From Pavona decussata (lineage: Eukaryota), in NCBI GenBank assembly GCA_977016875.1, contig CDRNST010000122.1, forward strand, positions 372,001-436,000: 64,000 nucleotides of DNA, read 5' to 3'. The translations under genes and the position numbers were made by a program. This document shows, piece after piece, positions 52,231 to 64,000 of the stretch (position 1 is its first letter; each line of letters starts with the position of its first letter). The notes under the pieces are model-generated. The model was not told the origin of the DNA, did no database searches, and saw only the letters and a program-made list of their open reading frames with translations.

Positions 52231-52939
52231 ATGAAGTTTAGCCACGCGTCCAACATTCTTATACAGCAAATGTTTACGTTGTACAACTGAATGTTGGATC
52301 GTTTAGCGTAACCACACTTATGTCGAACATGGGAAATTCTGAACTCTATAAGTTACTTACCGGGCAACTCTCTGTTCCTTATATAAGCTCATGTTTTGTA
52401 AGACAGCTAGTCCTATTAAACCAATGCAAGAGAAAGATTTCTGTGCATGGAGCAGCCAAACAGTCATCTCCGTGCACGACAAGCGGCCATATTGATTATG
52501 AGCTAAAACGCACGTGGTGCTTCAGGGAGCTCATAAAGCCTTTAAAGTGAACAAAAAATGATCGTTCATATTAAAAACCAGTACATAAAGATGAATGCAA
52601 TATAACAGAGGCCTTTTAGGAAGATTTAGAACAAAAACTTGCCTGTTTCATAACGTTTTTTCGAGGAAGCTTGTACACGGCGTTCGCGCTCAAACTATAC
52701 GCCAGATTTCAATCCCATCGTGCATTGGGAGCGGAGTGAAAGTAGGCCAATAGCGATACCAAAGTACAAGTAATCGATGCTTTACAGATTTACTGAGTAG
52801 TCGATACTCCCTGGTTACTGTCTGGGTTGCTTTTATGATATGATGTGAGATGATATGTCAGTTGTTCTTTTCCTCCTTTTCGTTTGTTGAAAATGTTTGT
52901 GATGGGTTTTATAGAAATAACCCTTGACTGCAGTTTGAA

Positions 52940-53000
52940 TTATTTATTATCATTGTCGTTATTGTTGTTGTTATTGTTATTATTTAGGTATCATCCTCAC

Positions 53001-53033
<33 letters not shown>

Positions 53034-53035
53034 AG
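52940..53035. repeat. Compound microsatellite (TTA/TTG)n-(CAT)n
   Basis: Directly visible trinucleotide runs. Confidence 0.9.
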
Positions 53036-53339
53036 TTATTTTTGTTTTTGTTGTGGTTCTTTAAAATAAGTATAAAAGGGCTATGCACATTCCTTTCGAA
53101 AGCCTGTGGGTTTTTTGTTTTTCAGCCAGCAACAAAAAGAACTGTTATTATTTATTTACTTGCCATGACAACCTACCCTCACTATTGAGGATTATCGGTT
53201 GGAGTTGGTCAGCCGATCTTTACAACTGATTACTAGACTAGACAGGCTTATGGTCGATTGTAGATGCAGATTGTTTAAGTGTCTCCAGACGGTTAAAACT
53301 CTATGATCCTTCCTTAGTTTGGAGAACTAGTCTTCACGA

Positions 53340-53900
53340 CTTGTAACTCAACAAAAACGAGCGATAAGGATAGTGAACTCTAATCTTCCTTCAAAATTTG
53401 GTAATCTATTTCCCTTGAATAATCGCACCCATAGCAATAATACCAGACATGCATTTTCTGACAATTTTCTGTTTTCTTTTAAGGCCCAAAGTTTTTAATA
53501 CCCTTCGTTGTGAGATCATTAGCTCTACTCTACATCTCTCGCGTCCTTCAAAATTTCGAAATTAAGTCTATTAATTTTTAAACATACAATTTGTTTTCCG
53601 ATCTTCTGCCTCATCATCCACTTTGTATTTTGTGAGGAAACCTAATTTTATCCCACTTCATTATATAAGCCTCGCGGTTTCGTCTAGGTTTTCTCGCCAT
53701 TTTTTTTTTTTTACCTTCGATTCGAGTGGATAGCGAGATGAAAGTGTCCCGATGCTTACGTTTGGTTCTGCGCATTACAGGTCGTGGGTAATTTCCGAAT
53801 CCGACTAGAATAAAGCCGTGATAGATCTTGTATAGCATAATAAGGCGAGCATCAGCTCAGCCCTATACAAGGGATCTCCAGCCGGTCAAGAATGTCGGTA
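53340..53900. mobile_element. Two LINE (CR1/L2-like) ORF2 3' fragments in opposite orientations
   Basis: + strand QQKRAIRI..LPSKFGNLFPLNNRTHSNNTRH; - strand TDILDRL..ADARLIMLYKIYHG..RRTKRKH. Both are typical post-RT C-terminal remnants with frameshifts. A small palindromic insert abuts at 53899-53972. Confidence 0.6.
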
Positions 53901-55255
53901 GCCTGATTCTCAGGCGGTCCAGGTCGCTCCCGGCCACACTCTCTCTCTCTGGACCGTCTGAGAATCAGGCTAGAATGTCGGAGGCAATGGAAGAATTCGC
54001 GCTCTCCGCCGCGCCGCCCGCCGCCCAGAATCTTATCGTGTTTCCTCTCTCCTCCACAGAAGCCTCTTTCGCGAGACAAATAAGGAAATATAACGAGGAG
54101 CGCGGGGATCGAGTGGAGACAAATAAGGGACTGGGGAGAGTGAAATAACGAGGAGTGCGGTCTCCGTTTTTCTTCCCATTTCTGACTTTTCCCTCCTTTG
54201 TTTTATGAAGGAACCTGTGGAGGAGAGAGTTGCCTTTCGCAACATATACTTACAGTACCATAATCTGATAGGCTCGGCACCCACTTGTCTTTAACGGCCA
54301 CGATACATCACCCATTTTAACATGCCCGAGAAATAGCTACAATTAAATTGTTTTCTAGTTGTTTTTGCAAAGCCAAGTAATCACGATCAGGCAATATTTC
54401 TTTGATGTTTTTGATAAAACACTGATTATTCCACGCAAGCTTGTTGAAAATGAGATCATTATAGCCAATGAGGCGCTACTATCACCCCACCTCCCGGCCA
54501 ACCCGCGCTCGTGGAATAATTGTCAAACAAGGACGCCCGCGTAGACGCAGAGTAGGGACTTTCCACAACCAATGGTATCAAATGTAGGAACTAGGACAAG
54601 AGTCTGTTGCCGATCAGATTCTCACTCTGTCTTTCCGCTAAAAACCATTTTTCACGCAACAGATTATGTTAAACCTTTTTTTTTTCTCCCACCTCTCACG
54701 TTGTAGATGTTTCCCCTATCTTTAACCTCATAACAAAGAAGATCCATTTTCGATACAGAACCTATAAATGGTCTAGATTGCACGGGCCAGAATCAGATGT
54801 CCAAATTAAAATATGCATCGATTCTTCTCTTAAAGTTGATTTTTCGATATACTACGACTAGCCTACTGATCTTATCCTCTCCTAAATATCAGATTATTTT
54901 ACTGCGAAATGCAAAGAACGGCAACATTGATAGTTTGCTCAAGCTTTAAATTCCATTATTTACACTTGCAAGCGTCATTTTATGGTATAAATGTGGAGGT
55001 GTACTTAACTCTTCATTTTAAACCTACCGCGTTAGTAGATAAAATGCGCAAATCGTTGAGCGGCTTAGGCAAAGGAGTATTCTTTATTTATTTTTTTATT
55101 TTATTTTATTTTATTTATTTATTTATTTATACAGGAAGTCTGGTTTAGCATAGTTAGTTTAAACAGAGTCCTGATTAAATAGGAAATAAACATATAAAAA
55201 AACTCAATACAAAATAGGTCAAAATAGCGCACTAATAAAATACATAGAGACGCAA

Positions 55256-55792
55256 CAAATTTATGCAAGGCTGGACTGCGTAGAAAACTTAACACGACAG
55301 CGACATGATAGAGACCAAACCGAGAATCAACAGAATGCGGCAACCGTGGACAGCTGTTTCGAGCTGGTTGGCTCTCGTCAGCACGGTGTAGCACAGCAAA
55401 AAGTAGAACACCAACGCGAATCGAGTGTTCTACCAAATGCACGTGGTAGCTGATTTCGGACCGGATGGTCCCAAATTCAGGCATCCGTCCACGTCATAGC
55501 GAGTGACTACGAACAAAGGACGAAAGAACTGAAATATCATGTCGCTGTCGTCAAGTTAAATGAGAAAAGCAAAACTTTCCTTCTCAGGTACATGGCCAAA
55601 CCATGTTAAAAGGTACAGCATATCGGATCTAAAAAGATCTACGGTCCAAAACATAAAAGCAAACTATAAGCAAGGAACCGCACAACGAAAATGCTGTAGG
55701 TATACGCAGGATCTGTAAAAGATCTAATCAGCCAAAAATATAAATGAATCAAATTTATGCAAGGCTGGACTGCGTAGAAAACTTAACACGAC
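55256..55792. repeat. 43-bp exact direct repeats bounding a ~490-bp unit
   Basis: caaatttatgcaaggctggactgcgtagaaaacttaacacgac at 55256-55298 and 55750-55792. Confidence 0.8.
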
Positions 55793-57620
55793 GCACTATT
55801 ATTAACGCACTATTATTATCAAAATCCCACCCCTCTGGCGTCATGTATCAGACCGTTAGCGCTCTCTTCGTCGTTGGAACTCTAAATTCATTTAAAAGCA
55901 CCCTGTAACCGTTCAGAGTTGGGTGTTTTCCTCTTACTACACTCCTTCGCAGTAAAAGGAACACCTTTATTGATAGGGAGCTGCAGGGAAGCAATTTGCA
56001 TCCACAAGCAGTCTCGGATAAAGTCCTCCACACACTGTTCAGTAAAACACATTATGTAAAATGCACATTTATGAAATGCGCAATCATGAAAAGTGATACA
56101 ACCATTTGACGTCACAAGTTCGTTTTGGCGGCTTCACAATGATCGACAATTGTGGCTTGAGATGGTCACTTTCGAGATCACAAATCAGTACTTTTGATCA
56201 AGGGATCCACAAAACAGACTCACCCACGATGCTGGGAGAGGTTCATCGATCCTCGGTGTCCAAGGGGCAGATAGTCGGGGCGAGGGAAAGTCAAATCGAG
56301 AGAGAAAAATTTCGGACACGGAAAATTTTCCGGTACGACTTGAATTGGGTCTCCGAGGGTAGGAATGGCCGCAAAGTACCTCTTGAGCGAAAAAAACTAG
56401 ACATGCAATAAAAATTTCGTTTCAGTGACACTATTAATAGAGATTTTTATCTACCTCCATTTCGCGGTTTCGTCTCCTTGGCGAGCAAATTGTTGGAGGT
56501 TTGACCGCAAGACGGAAATCAAACTTCCCACACTTGAAATCAGAGAAAGAGTGCTTGTCATAGGCTTGTTTTGTTTTTGGTTCCCTTGTGCTTTTGGTTG
56601 GTGAAAAAGAAGAAAATTTGAGATTTGGCTTAAATTTGTTGGCAATCAAAGCAATATCTAAACCTGACGATTGCCTTTATATTCTCATTATCTGTTTTCA
56701 TTGCATGTGCTGACCTTGTTAGGAGAAATTAGATATGATCATTTTTTACGACGGAAATGTTTGAGTACGCGACATTTCTAAAGAGATTCTCGTTCGTATT
56801 TTTAAGAACGATAAATACAGGAATACATGAAAACTACTGAATACACTGTGGTTAAAGATCGGGGAACGAAGAAAACAATTTTGTTTGTCGAGTGATATTG
56901 AGCCAGTATAAATTCCGGTTTTATCCACTGATCTCAAACTTATAATTAGTCCGCTTTTAGCGATTATGGTCGTCTCCAAAATCTTTTCAGATAAAAAAAA
57001 ATATTCATGATCATATCTTATGTAAAGATTATGAGAAATAAAATACGGGATTTATTTTTCATATCATTTAAAAACAGGAAACCTGGTATATAACAAGGCT
57101 TTATTGCTTAATTTTCTAATAAATATAAACTACTATATATTCCAAGCCACAATATTATGCACACAAACCTAGAGCAATTTTAATATGTAGTGGAAATGGG
57201 ATTTTAAACAAAACAACACTAAACCTGTTTTCTTTTTTATATAAATAAAGTACAAAATAAATGATTCGGTTGGTTGATCAGCTAACAGGCCAACCGAACA
57301 ACATTTACACATCGAGAAAGCCAAGAAAACTATGGAAATTCATTAAAATTGGAAAACATCACCAGCTATCCCCGTGCCTCGATTATGTTCACCGTAAATA
57401 AATACCAATTTAGGCTTTGAGCATTTTCAGATTTTGAACACCTTTTAACCGACTGCCCGGAGGGCTTATTAACGATTCTTAATGATGAGCTAATACATAA
57501 TTTGAAGGAATTTTTTCCTGTTTGCTTTAAAAGGATGTATTTTGCATATTACGGCTTGTCATGAAAATCCTACTTTGCTCTGCTACGGAATTTACGAAAT
57601 TAAATATTGTGAAATGGTTT

Positions 57621-58639
57621 TTAGAAGGATAGCGGGTTAACCCTCTTGATAATTTTTTCCAGTCTGTTCGCCCGGAGTTCAGACAATGGCATAAAAACCT
57701 CTCCAATCACATACACATTGTCCTGAACATGATCAAAATCCAATACCACAAAATGAACTGTGCATTCGCGGAGTTTGTTATGGACAAAACCGGGCACAAT
57801 AAAAGTTTCGTTGAAGGCAGGATTTGTGGTACGAGAAATCTTTCTCGTCCACTGCCACGACAGCATTTCTGGCAAAATACGCATCTTCACGCTACAATTT
57901 GGCGGGCGAAGGAAGCTCTCGTCCGGCGTGGAAATCGCGACAACTTGAATTACAGTAATGTGTAACTCGCGGCTTGCCGTGTCATAGAAACAAGAGAACT
58001 CAAGCCTACACTCCTCTTCAGTCCCTGAACTTTTCTTTCTGAAGAAATCTTCCGCACTTGCGTTTACCAACCCATCTGACTTTAAAGTGGTGGGCAAGCT
58101 CATTCGCTTACCAAGTTTGGGTTTTTCCTTGCCTATGGTCCCGTTTCTGGCGAGCGGCTCCAGCGCTTTTCCGTCTTCCTGTTCCTCGCCGTCTTCCTCG
58201 ATGGTAGTAAAGGTGCCGACTTCGTACGGCTTCGTTATTCGAATACGTTGTTGTTCACCGGCGTCTAACTCGGTTATTTCGGGATAGGATTCGGCGGAGG
58301 ACTTTGCCAATGTATAAACATTCGGCTGAACCTGGACAGGTCGAGTTTGAGACAGAAGAAACCCTTCGGGGCTTGTAGAGTAATAGTCAATTTTCGCGCG
58401 CGCATCACTCCTGGACTGTGTATCATACGACTTTGAACGTCTGGCATAGCAAAAATATGCGAAACAAACTACAATTGCTCCAGCCAGAAAACCAAGGACT
58501 GACCCAAGAATAACACCGAGAATACTCGAGTCCTGGAAAATAATCAAGAATGCATTCGGATTAGTTTAAAAATTTCTTCACAAGATTCAAAACGCGAAAG
58601 TTTAAAGGGCTTTATAAGTGAATCAGCGCTTACCGTCAT
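57621..58639 (-). CDS. Synaptotagmin-like protein with N-terminal TM and a single C2 domain; ~305 aa
   Basis: Micro-exon 58639-58634 (ATG ACG, donor gtaagc) spliced to 58532-57621. TM ILGVILGSVLGFLAGAIVVCFAYFCY; C2 RLEFSCFYDTASRELHITVIQ..TRKISRTTNPAFNETF..FVVLDFD..IGEVFMPL; the stop follows the C2 domain. Confidence 0.85.
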
Positions 58640-60926
58640 TTCGAGTTTTCAAGTCATGTTCTGTTTGTTTCCGTTGCGAACGTTCGCCAAATTCAAAGTA
58701 AGAGGAAAATTGTGCGGTTCAACTTGAGAAACGTGTCGACAGCTCACGACAGCTCCTTTGACCTGGAGTTTTCGCGGGGTCGAGTAGTCGATTATGACTG
58801 GTTTTGCATTTAAATGAAGCAATCATGATACCTTTGTTTTCTGTCATTTATTTCCAACAGTCAGTCGTGCGTAACTTGCAATTGTTGTTATGCAAAATAT
58901 GCCCACTCAACGACCCCTTGCGTCATTGAAAAACAAAATCTGAAAGCTGAAACCAAATATATCCATCTTTCGTGATTAACCCACAAATTATATTATCTAT
59001 CTACTGATTTCTTGAATTGGGTTTCCACCTTTTTTCGTTCACTTTTCGCCAGTACATTATTAATATTTAATGAAGTTTTAAAAAGTTGATCCATGCAAAC
59101 TGACAACACTCGACCACCGCTCATTTTTTGTTGGTTTGTAATCCTTCCGTTTACTAATGTACTCTAATATCGTCGACTCGAAATGCCATGTCTTATCTAT
59201 TTCTGTTCTATTATTTCATGCTCTGGAAAACAACATTCCAACGAAACAACAATTATCATTCCCAATCATAGTTTTCTCAAGAAGGCATTTCAAAAGTGCT
59301 TCATTATTTAAAAGCGAGAAGTAGATAATAGGTAGTTATGTCATCCATGTTGTTGTGGGAATTGTGTATTCTTCTTGATAACAAAGAAATTTTACTGAAA
59401 ATTAAATGAGTGTTAATCTCAAAAGTAAAAACAAGACTTGTCATCATAGAACAAGGACGACGTTTTCATCACATTTAACCAACAAAATTTCTTGAACAAA
59501 TATTTTTGAGGTCGATATCGCTTTCTTCTTTAATTTTACACGTCGAATGTTTCGCAGTTTGTTCTCAACTCAGTTTCCATTTTGCAAAAGCAATTACTTT
59601 TTTTTTTTTAGCAAAGTGAACACAATCGCCATTCAACAGCATGTTATTCCGGTGTGAAAACCACATAACCTAAAAACAATGTATTAAAGAGTTCCCTTGT
59701 AATGAACTGAAATATTTATATATTTAAGTCACGTTTGAACGTTTTCCCACTGAAAAAGGCTCATTTTAAAAATACTTACTCGTTTTAGCACTGTTGTGTT
59801 GTCAAATTTAGCTCCCACAATGTCTAAAAATACCATGTACTGCACTTGTGTACTGTCTGCGGGGGAAAAACGGCTGCAATACCGTGCACGGCGCATATTC
59901 AAAATATATGCTTCTTTCAATCCTTTTAATATTTTGATCTCCTTTCTTTATCATGTTAAATGCCTCTTTTCCTCTTTCTTTTAACTGAAAAGTTTTAGAC
60001 TGGTATGGTTTTTCATTAAAACCAAAATTGAACTGAAAAATTTCAGTCAGTACGAAAAATCAACTGAAAATAACACGATTTTGCTATTCAGAGTAAACAC
60101 TTTTTTTTTCGGCGGACAGAAAGTGCCAGTGAATGTACGCCAGTACCTTGTGTACGTCAACTGGGTACCAAAAAAATTTTGAAGAGCAAATTGATGTTGT
60201 TACAATTGCTATGATATTTACTAAGTATTTCCCCTGACTGTAAATATTGACACAGTCTACTTTGAAGGTGGACTGAATCGAAGGACGAATTCAGTGTAAT
60301 GTAAATATGGAATGAAAAGGAGAAATCGGATCCGGTAATCCGGAAATAGCAAATTCGTTATAAGACACAAAGTGGTTCAGTCTCCTAAACAGAAATTCTT
60401 TGCATGGGCTCATTCGTGAGGAAGAAACCCGGGGGGCGGTGGTCAGGCCTCGTAAACCCTTACACTAGCACTGCCACAGTAATCTCTGATTTTCCTACCC
60501 TACAGTATGTAAGGTAAAATGCATCATATTTTGACCCTGTTTGAGAAAGTAACAGGATTGTGCTTCAGTCACATTTTATCCAATCGGTAATGCTTTAGTA
60601 GCTTTACACGAGTTTGCAACATGTCCCCAAAATGTGACTAAAACATCTCCCCAAATTTTGACTATTTAACGCGCCACTCGGAGGAAGAAATATATGGAAA
60701 GAGCGCGGGATCATTTTCCGAAGAGCAGCTGGTAATTGATCCAAGCCTAGCCGGTCTGCATACCCTGCAAGGCCTGGAGTTAAGTTAAATTCTTTTCCTT
60801 AATTGAAATAAAACCCAGAAGCAATTCAGTTTTATCATTGTATCAAATTTTATTGCTTTTAAAGTCAGTCTTAAATTTTCGCCATCCTCAACTTTTTTTT
60901 TCTGTCATACACAACACATTTCGTGT

Positions 60927-63904
60927 TCATCCAGCAATCCCGTCATCCTTAACGCCGGGTGGCTGAAGTGCGCAAGTCCGTTTTAGCTTGTCACGTGACT
61001 TGAGTTCTGCAAGAGGTACTTCCAGTTGTCCAATGTCTCTCTCTTGTTGTCCATTGCAAACAACAATGAATCGAAGTGTGGCTTGCTCTAAATCCACTGG
61101 CTTCACACCAGAGATGATAAAATGATCTTTGAAAACCAGCTGCTTGTCAGAAATGTTAACGGTTTTGGTCCGTCGCCATGTTTTGAACATTGGGAACAAA
61201 CAAAACTTTACATAAATACTGTGTAATGGTGTGATTAGTTCCTCTGACACACCTTCAAGATCCAGAACACTGACGTAAAGCAACGGTGTTGAATTATCAG
61301 CCCTTTTGTATAAAACTGAAAATTTCAGATTTCTCACTAAAGTTTCACTGCTATTCGTAACGTTTTCTCTGTCGTTACGTTTAGCTGCACTATGACCAGA
61401 AGTTCCTTTTTGTTTTTGTATTCCATCTCGCCTAAGCGCAGTTAACAATGTACTCATCATAGTCGCATCTTTGCCCACTTTTAGAATACGTCCATCGTAT
61501 CCGCTAGGTGTTTGGTGGTGTCCATCAGTCTTGGCTGCACGAGTGTTTTCTCTTGTAACATTTACTCTCTCTCGTACATCAATCTTCCCGCGCTCATTTG
61601 CATGATTCCCAGAAGGATGCGTTGTATGTCCTGTTGAAGAACTGTTCTCCAAATCAATACCAATCTTGGAAGTATCTGTGCATTTCAAAGAGTTTGCATA
61701 ACGGTCCTGTTTAATTGCCGGTTTTGAAATTCTCGTTCTGTGAATTGCTTTGTTTGTGTGTCTACGTAAATTAGACCTTGAATCGTTTCTTTTATTGTCC
61801 GAGGATGTACAGCCAGGGAAACTTTCACCATCAGAGTCCAGGGCAAAACTTAACGTGACGCTAGATGTGCCTGTGATGCTTTCGTCAAGCGATGCAAAGC
61901 AGCTAGCGCCTCTAGTTTCGTCTAAGTCCCAATGAGTATCATTCGCTTGTTTCACTTGTTTGATGTATCCGCGATTAGTGTGCAGTTTGTTTGGAATTTC
62001 TGGTGCAAAACTGCTTGCGCCCCTCATGTAATGACCCATAGGTTGCTGTGTTGTTGAATACCCAAACGAACTTGCTCCTCGAATATTCTTTTCACCGCTG
62101 TCCTCTCCCCGAATGTCCCTCTGTCCAGATCTACAATAAGTGATTCCTTTTTTTGTTGAATCTTTCACTTCGCCAAACGAGCTGGCTCCGCGTAATTCTT
62201 TCACCCCTGAGTTTATTTCTTCCAGAAGAAGTTCCGGGGATTTTTGCGCGCGCATTTCTCTTCCTCCATCCTTTTGCCTAGGTTTCGTTGTCGACTCATC
62301 AAAATTCCTTGTTTTCTGACAATGAAACTTACAAGATGGACCATGAATACACAAGCAACTCGATGCGTGAACTTGATTTAAACAACTCAGTCTGCCACCT
62401 CTCGCAATACGTTCAGTTATAGTTGGATTATATCGGTACTCACTTTCCAGCATGTCAGAGCTCCCTTCGACATCAGTATTTTCCCCGATTGAATCTGTAG
62501 GCGCCATTAATTGACCAGAAGTTGTCTCAGTTTGAAAATGCGCGTTACATTTCCCTGCGCATAGGCACAGTGAACTTGGTGCTTGCACGGTTTTCAGGCA
62601 ACTCGCACGGCCGCCGCGGTGGACGGGAGATTTAGTCTGCGTTAATTGCAAATCATCCTCTGAAATAAGTTCTAACCTTTTTAATAGTTGCAAACTTTCT
62701 TGCAGTGGGGCACGTATTCTTCTGTTTCCAGAAACAAGCTCTACTGTTTCTTTATGACGTTCTTCTGTTTCTACATCTAATGCCCCAAGCAACGTGTGGG
62801 TGTAGTCTTCATCTCTTGTCTTACGGGACACCTCTACATCATTCAGCCATTTCTCCAAATCCTCACGTCGTAATGGACTTTGACCCCTGTCATGCATGTT
62901 CTTTTCATTCAGCGGACCTGTTACATCAGCTGATGGGGTATCAAACCTTAAAATGTCTGGGTTTATGTTTTGAGCAATATCACCCCAAGTGAGTCGTTCG
63001 TTAGTTATTCGGGTTCCATCATCTGACGCTTCTATTTCACCAGCTTTTGTGCCATGCGTAGAGAAGTCACAAGCGTTCACGCACAAGCAACTAGGCGCAC
63101 ATTCAAGCTGCAATACGCTTAAACGCCCCCCAGGGTACACCCCACGGTCGATTTTGGGGACATACGAAGGGAAACCGTTTCCATTTAACTCAGAAAATGC
63201 ACCTTCATCGAGTGGCTGTGAACCATTTTCGCTTAAGGGAAATTCTTCTAAACTATCGTTTTCAAAATCATCTGGAGAATTTGTACCAATTCCACTTGAC
63301 GCAGATGAAATTCTGCAGTTGCCATTTCCTTCACCTGCTGAATTTATCTCATGTAGCGTAATAGAGATTTTCTTGTTCTCAGCTGCGCCATTTTCCATTA
63401 TTGCGTCGCTTTCTCTGTCTCTATATGAAGGAATATCGTATTCTGACGTGTTCTCGTTTCTTGTTGAATGAATGGGACTTGTGCCTTTTTCCATCACTTC
63501 TGGTCTGCAAACATTCACTGCGCATGTCTCCCCATGCAGTCCCACGATGTTGCCAACTAGCTCGCTGACCGGTTGGCACTGCGGTAGGTCTTGATATTCG
63601 CTTCTCACTGCATCCACAACGTCATTGTTTTCTTGTTGAAGAACTGAAAATGGCTCCTTAGCAATCCTCTCTGGTACGTTATGAAAGCGTATTGTCCGGC
63701 GACCATACTGTTGTTCAAATTTTTTTTTGAACTTGTTATCTGGCATTGCTTTAGGTTTGCACAGCGTCGTTCCGCTCGTAATCAGCAAGCCACCAAACAT
63801 GAGCATAAGCAGGGCGCCAATGGCGGGAAAAAGAAATGGCGTGATGTCGGTTGGGTCGTCCTGTGGGATGACGTCACTTTCTTCAGGAGTTTGATCTGCA
63901 AGAT
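60927..63904 (-). CDS. Large synaptotagmin-like TM-linker-C2 protein, terminal exon (5' exons beyond the window)
   Basis: The open frame extends upstream of the listed ATG to an acceptor (attattttcccag, exon start 63904). TM FLFPAIGALLMLMFGGLLITSG, ~800-aa low-complexity linker with internal repeats, C-terminal C2 LKFSVLY..LYVSVLD..YVKFCLFP..RRTKT..LVFKDHF..IGQLEVPL. Confidence 0.85.
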
Positions 63905-64000
63905 CTGGGAAAATAATGTTGTTAATTTTTCACTCCACAAAATGGCACAGTCTTCTGTTTCTAGCTCTTGTTGGGTTAAGTCTAACGCGAATTAAATACT

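Noticed and set aside
52884-53069. ORF with poly-Leu and poly-His
   Set aside because: It is the translation of a microsatellite.
62705-63995. Plus-strand ORFs (95, 160, 104 aa) and similar ORFs opposite the other genes
   Set aside because: Antisense shadows of real minus-strand coding exons.

Overview
AT-rich, intron-containing animal DNA. The repeat families and gene content suggest a stony coral or other anthozoan (inference). There are two N-gaps (4207-4478, 16353-16641). Reading splice sites by hand gives five genes. (1) A 5'-incomplete + strand gene (2875-8552) encoding a streptopain/C10-C39-like papain-fold protein whose catalytic Cys is replaced by Ser. (2) A complete 4-exon + strand gene (13356-17309, 412 aa) that the ORF track shows only in pieces: signal peptide, a domain resembling the bacterial type VI secretion amidase effector Tae4, and a full Hedgehog-type Hint/sterol-recognition (Hog) module. 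This is the most striking feature and suggests a self-cleaving, possibly sterol-anchored peptidoglycan-targeting protein. (3-5) Three - strand synaptotagmin-like TM-C2 genes (20414-24710, 57621-58639, 60927->63904). The last has a long linker with unusual Cys-rich and RGASSF repeats. The ~33 kb between the synaptotagmin-like genes is repeat-rich: Penelope fragments, an ACGCGT-core satellite with higher-order structure, a two-exon ABCA transporter relic, MITEs, SINE/LINE fragments and local duplications. A pair of inverted hammerhead-ribozyme-like motifs lies at ~19.3-19.5 kb. Family assignments come from motif recognition only; no database search was run.
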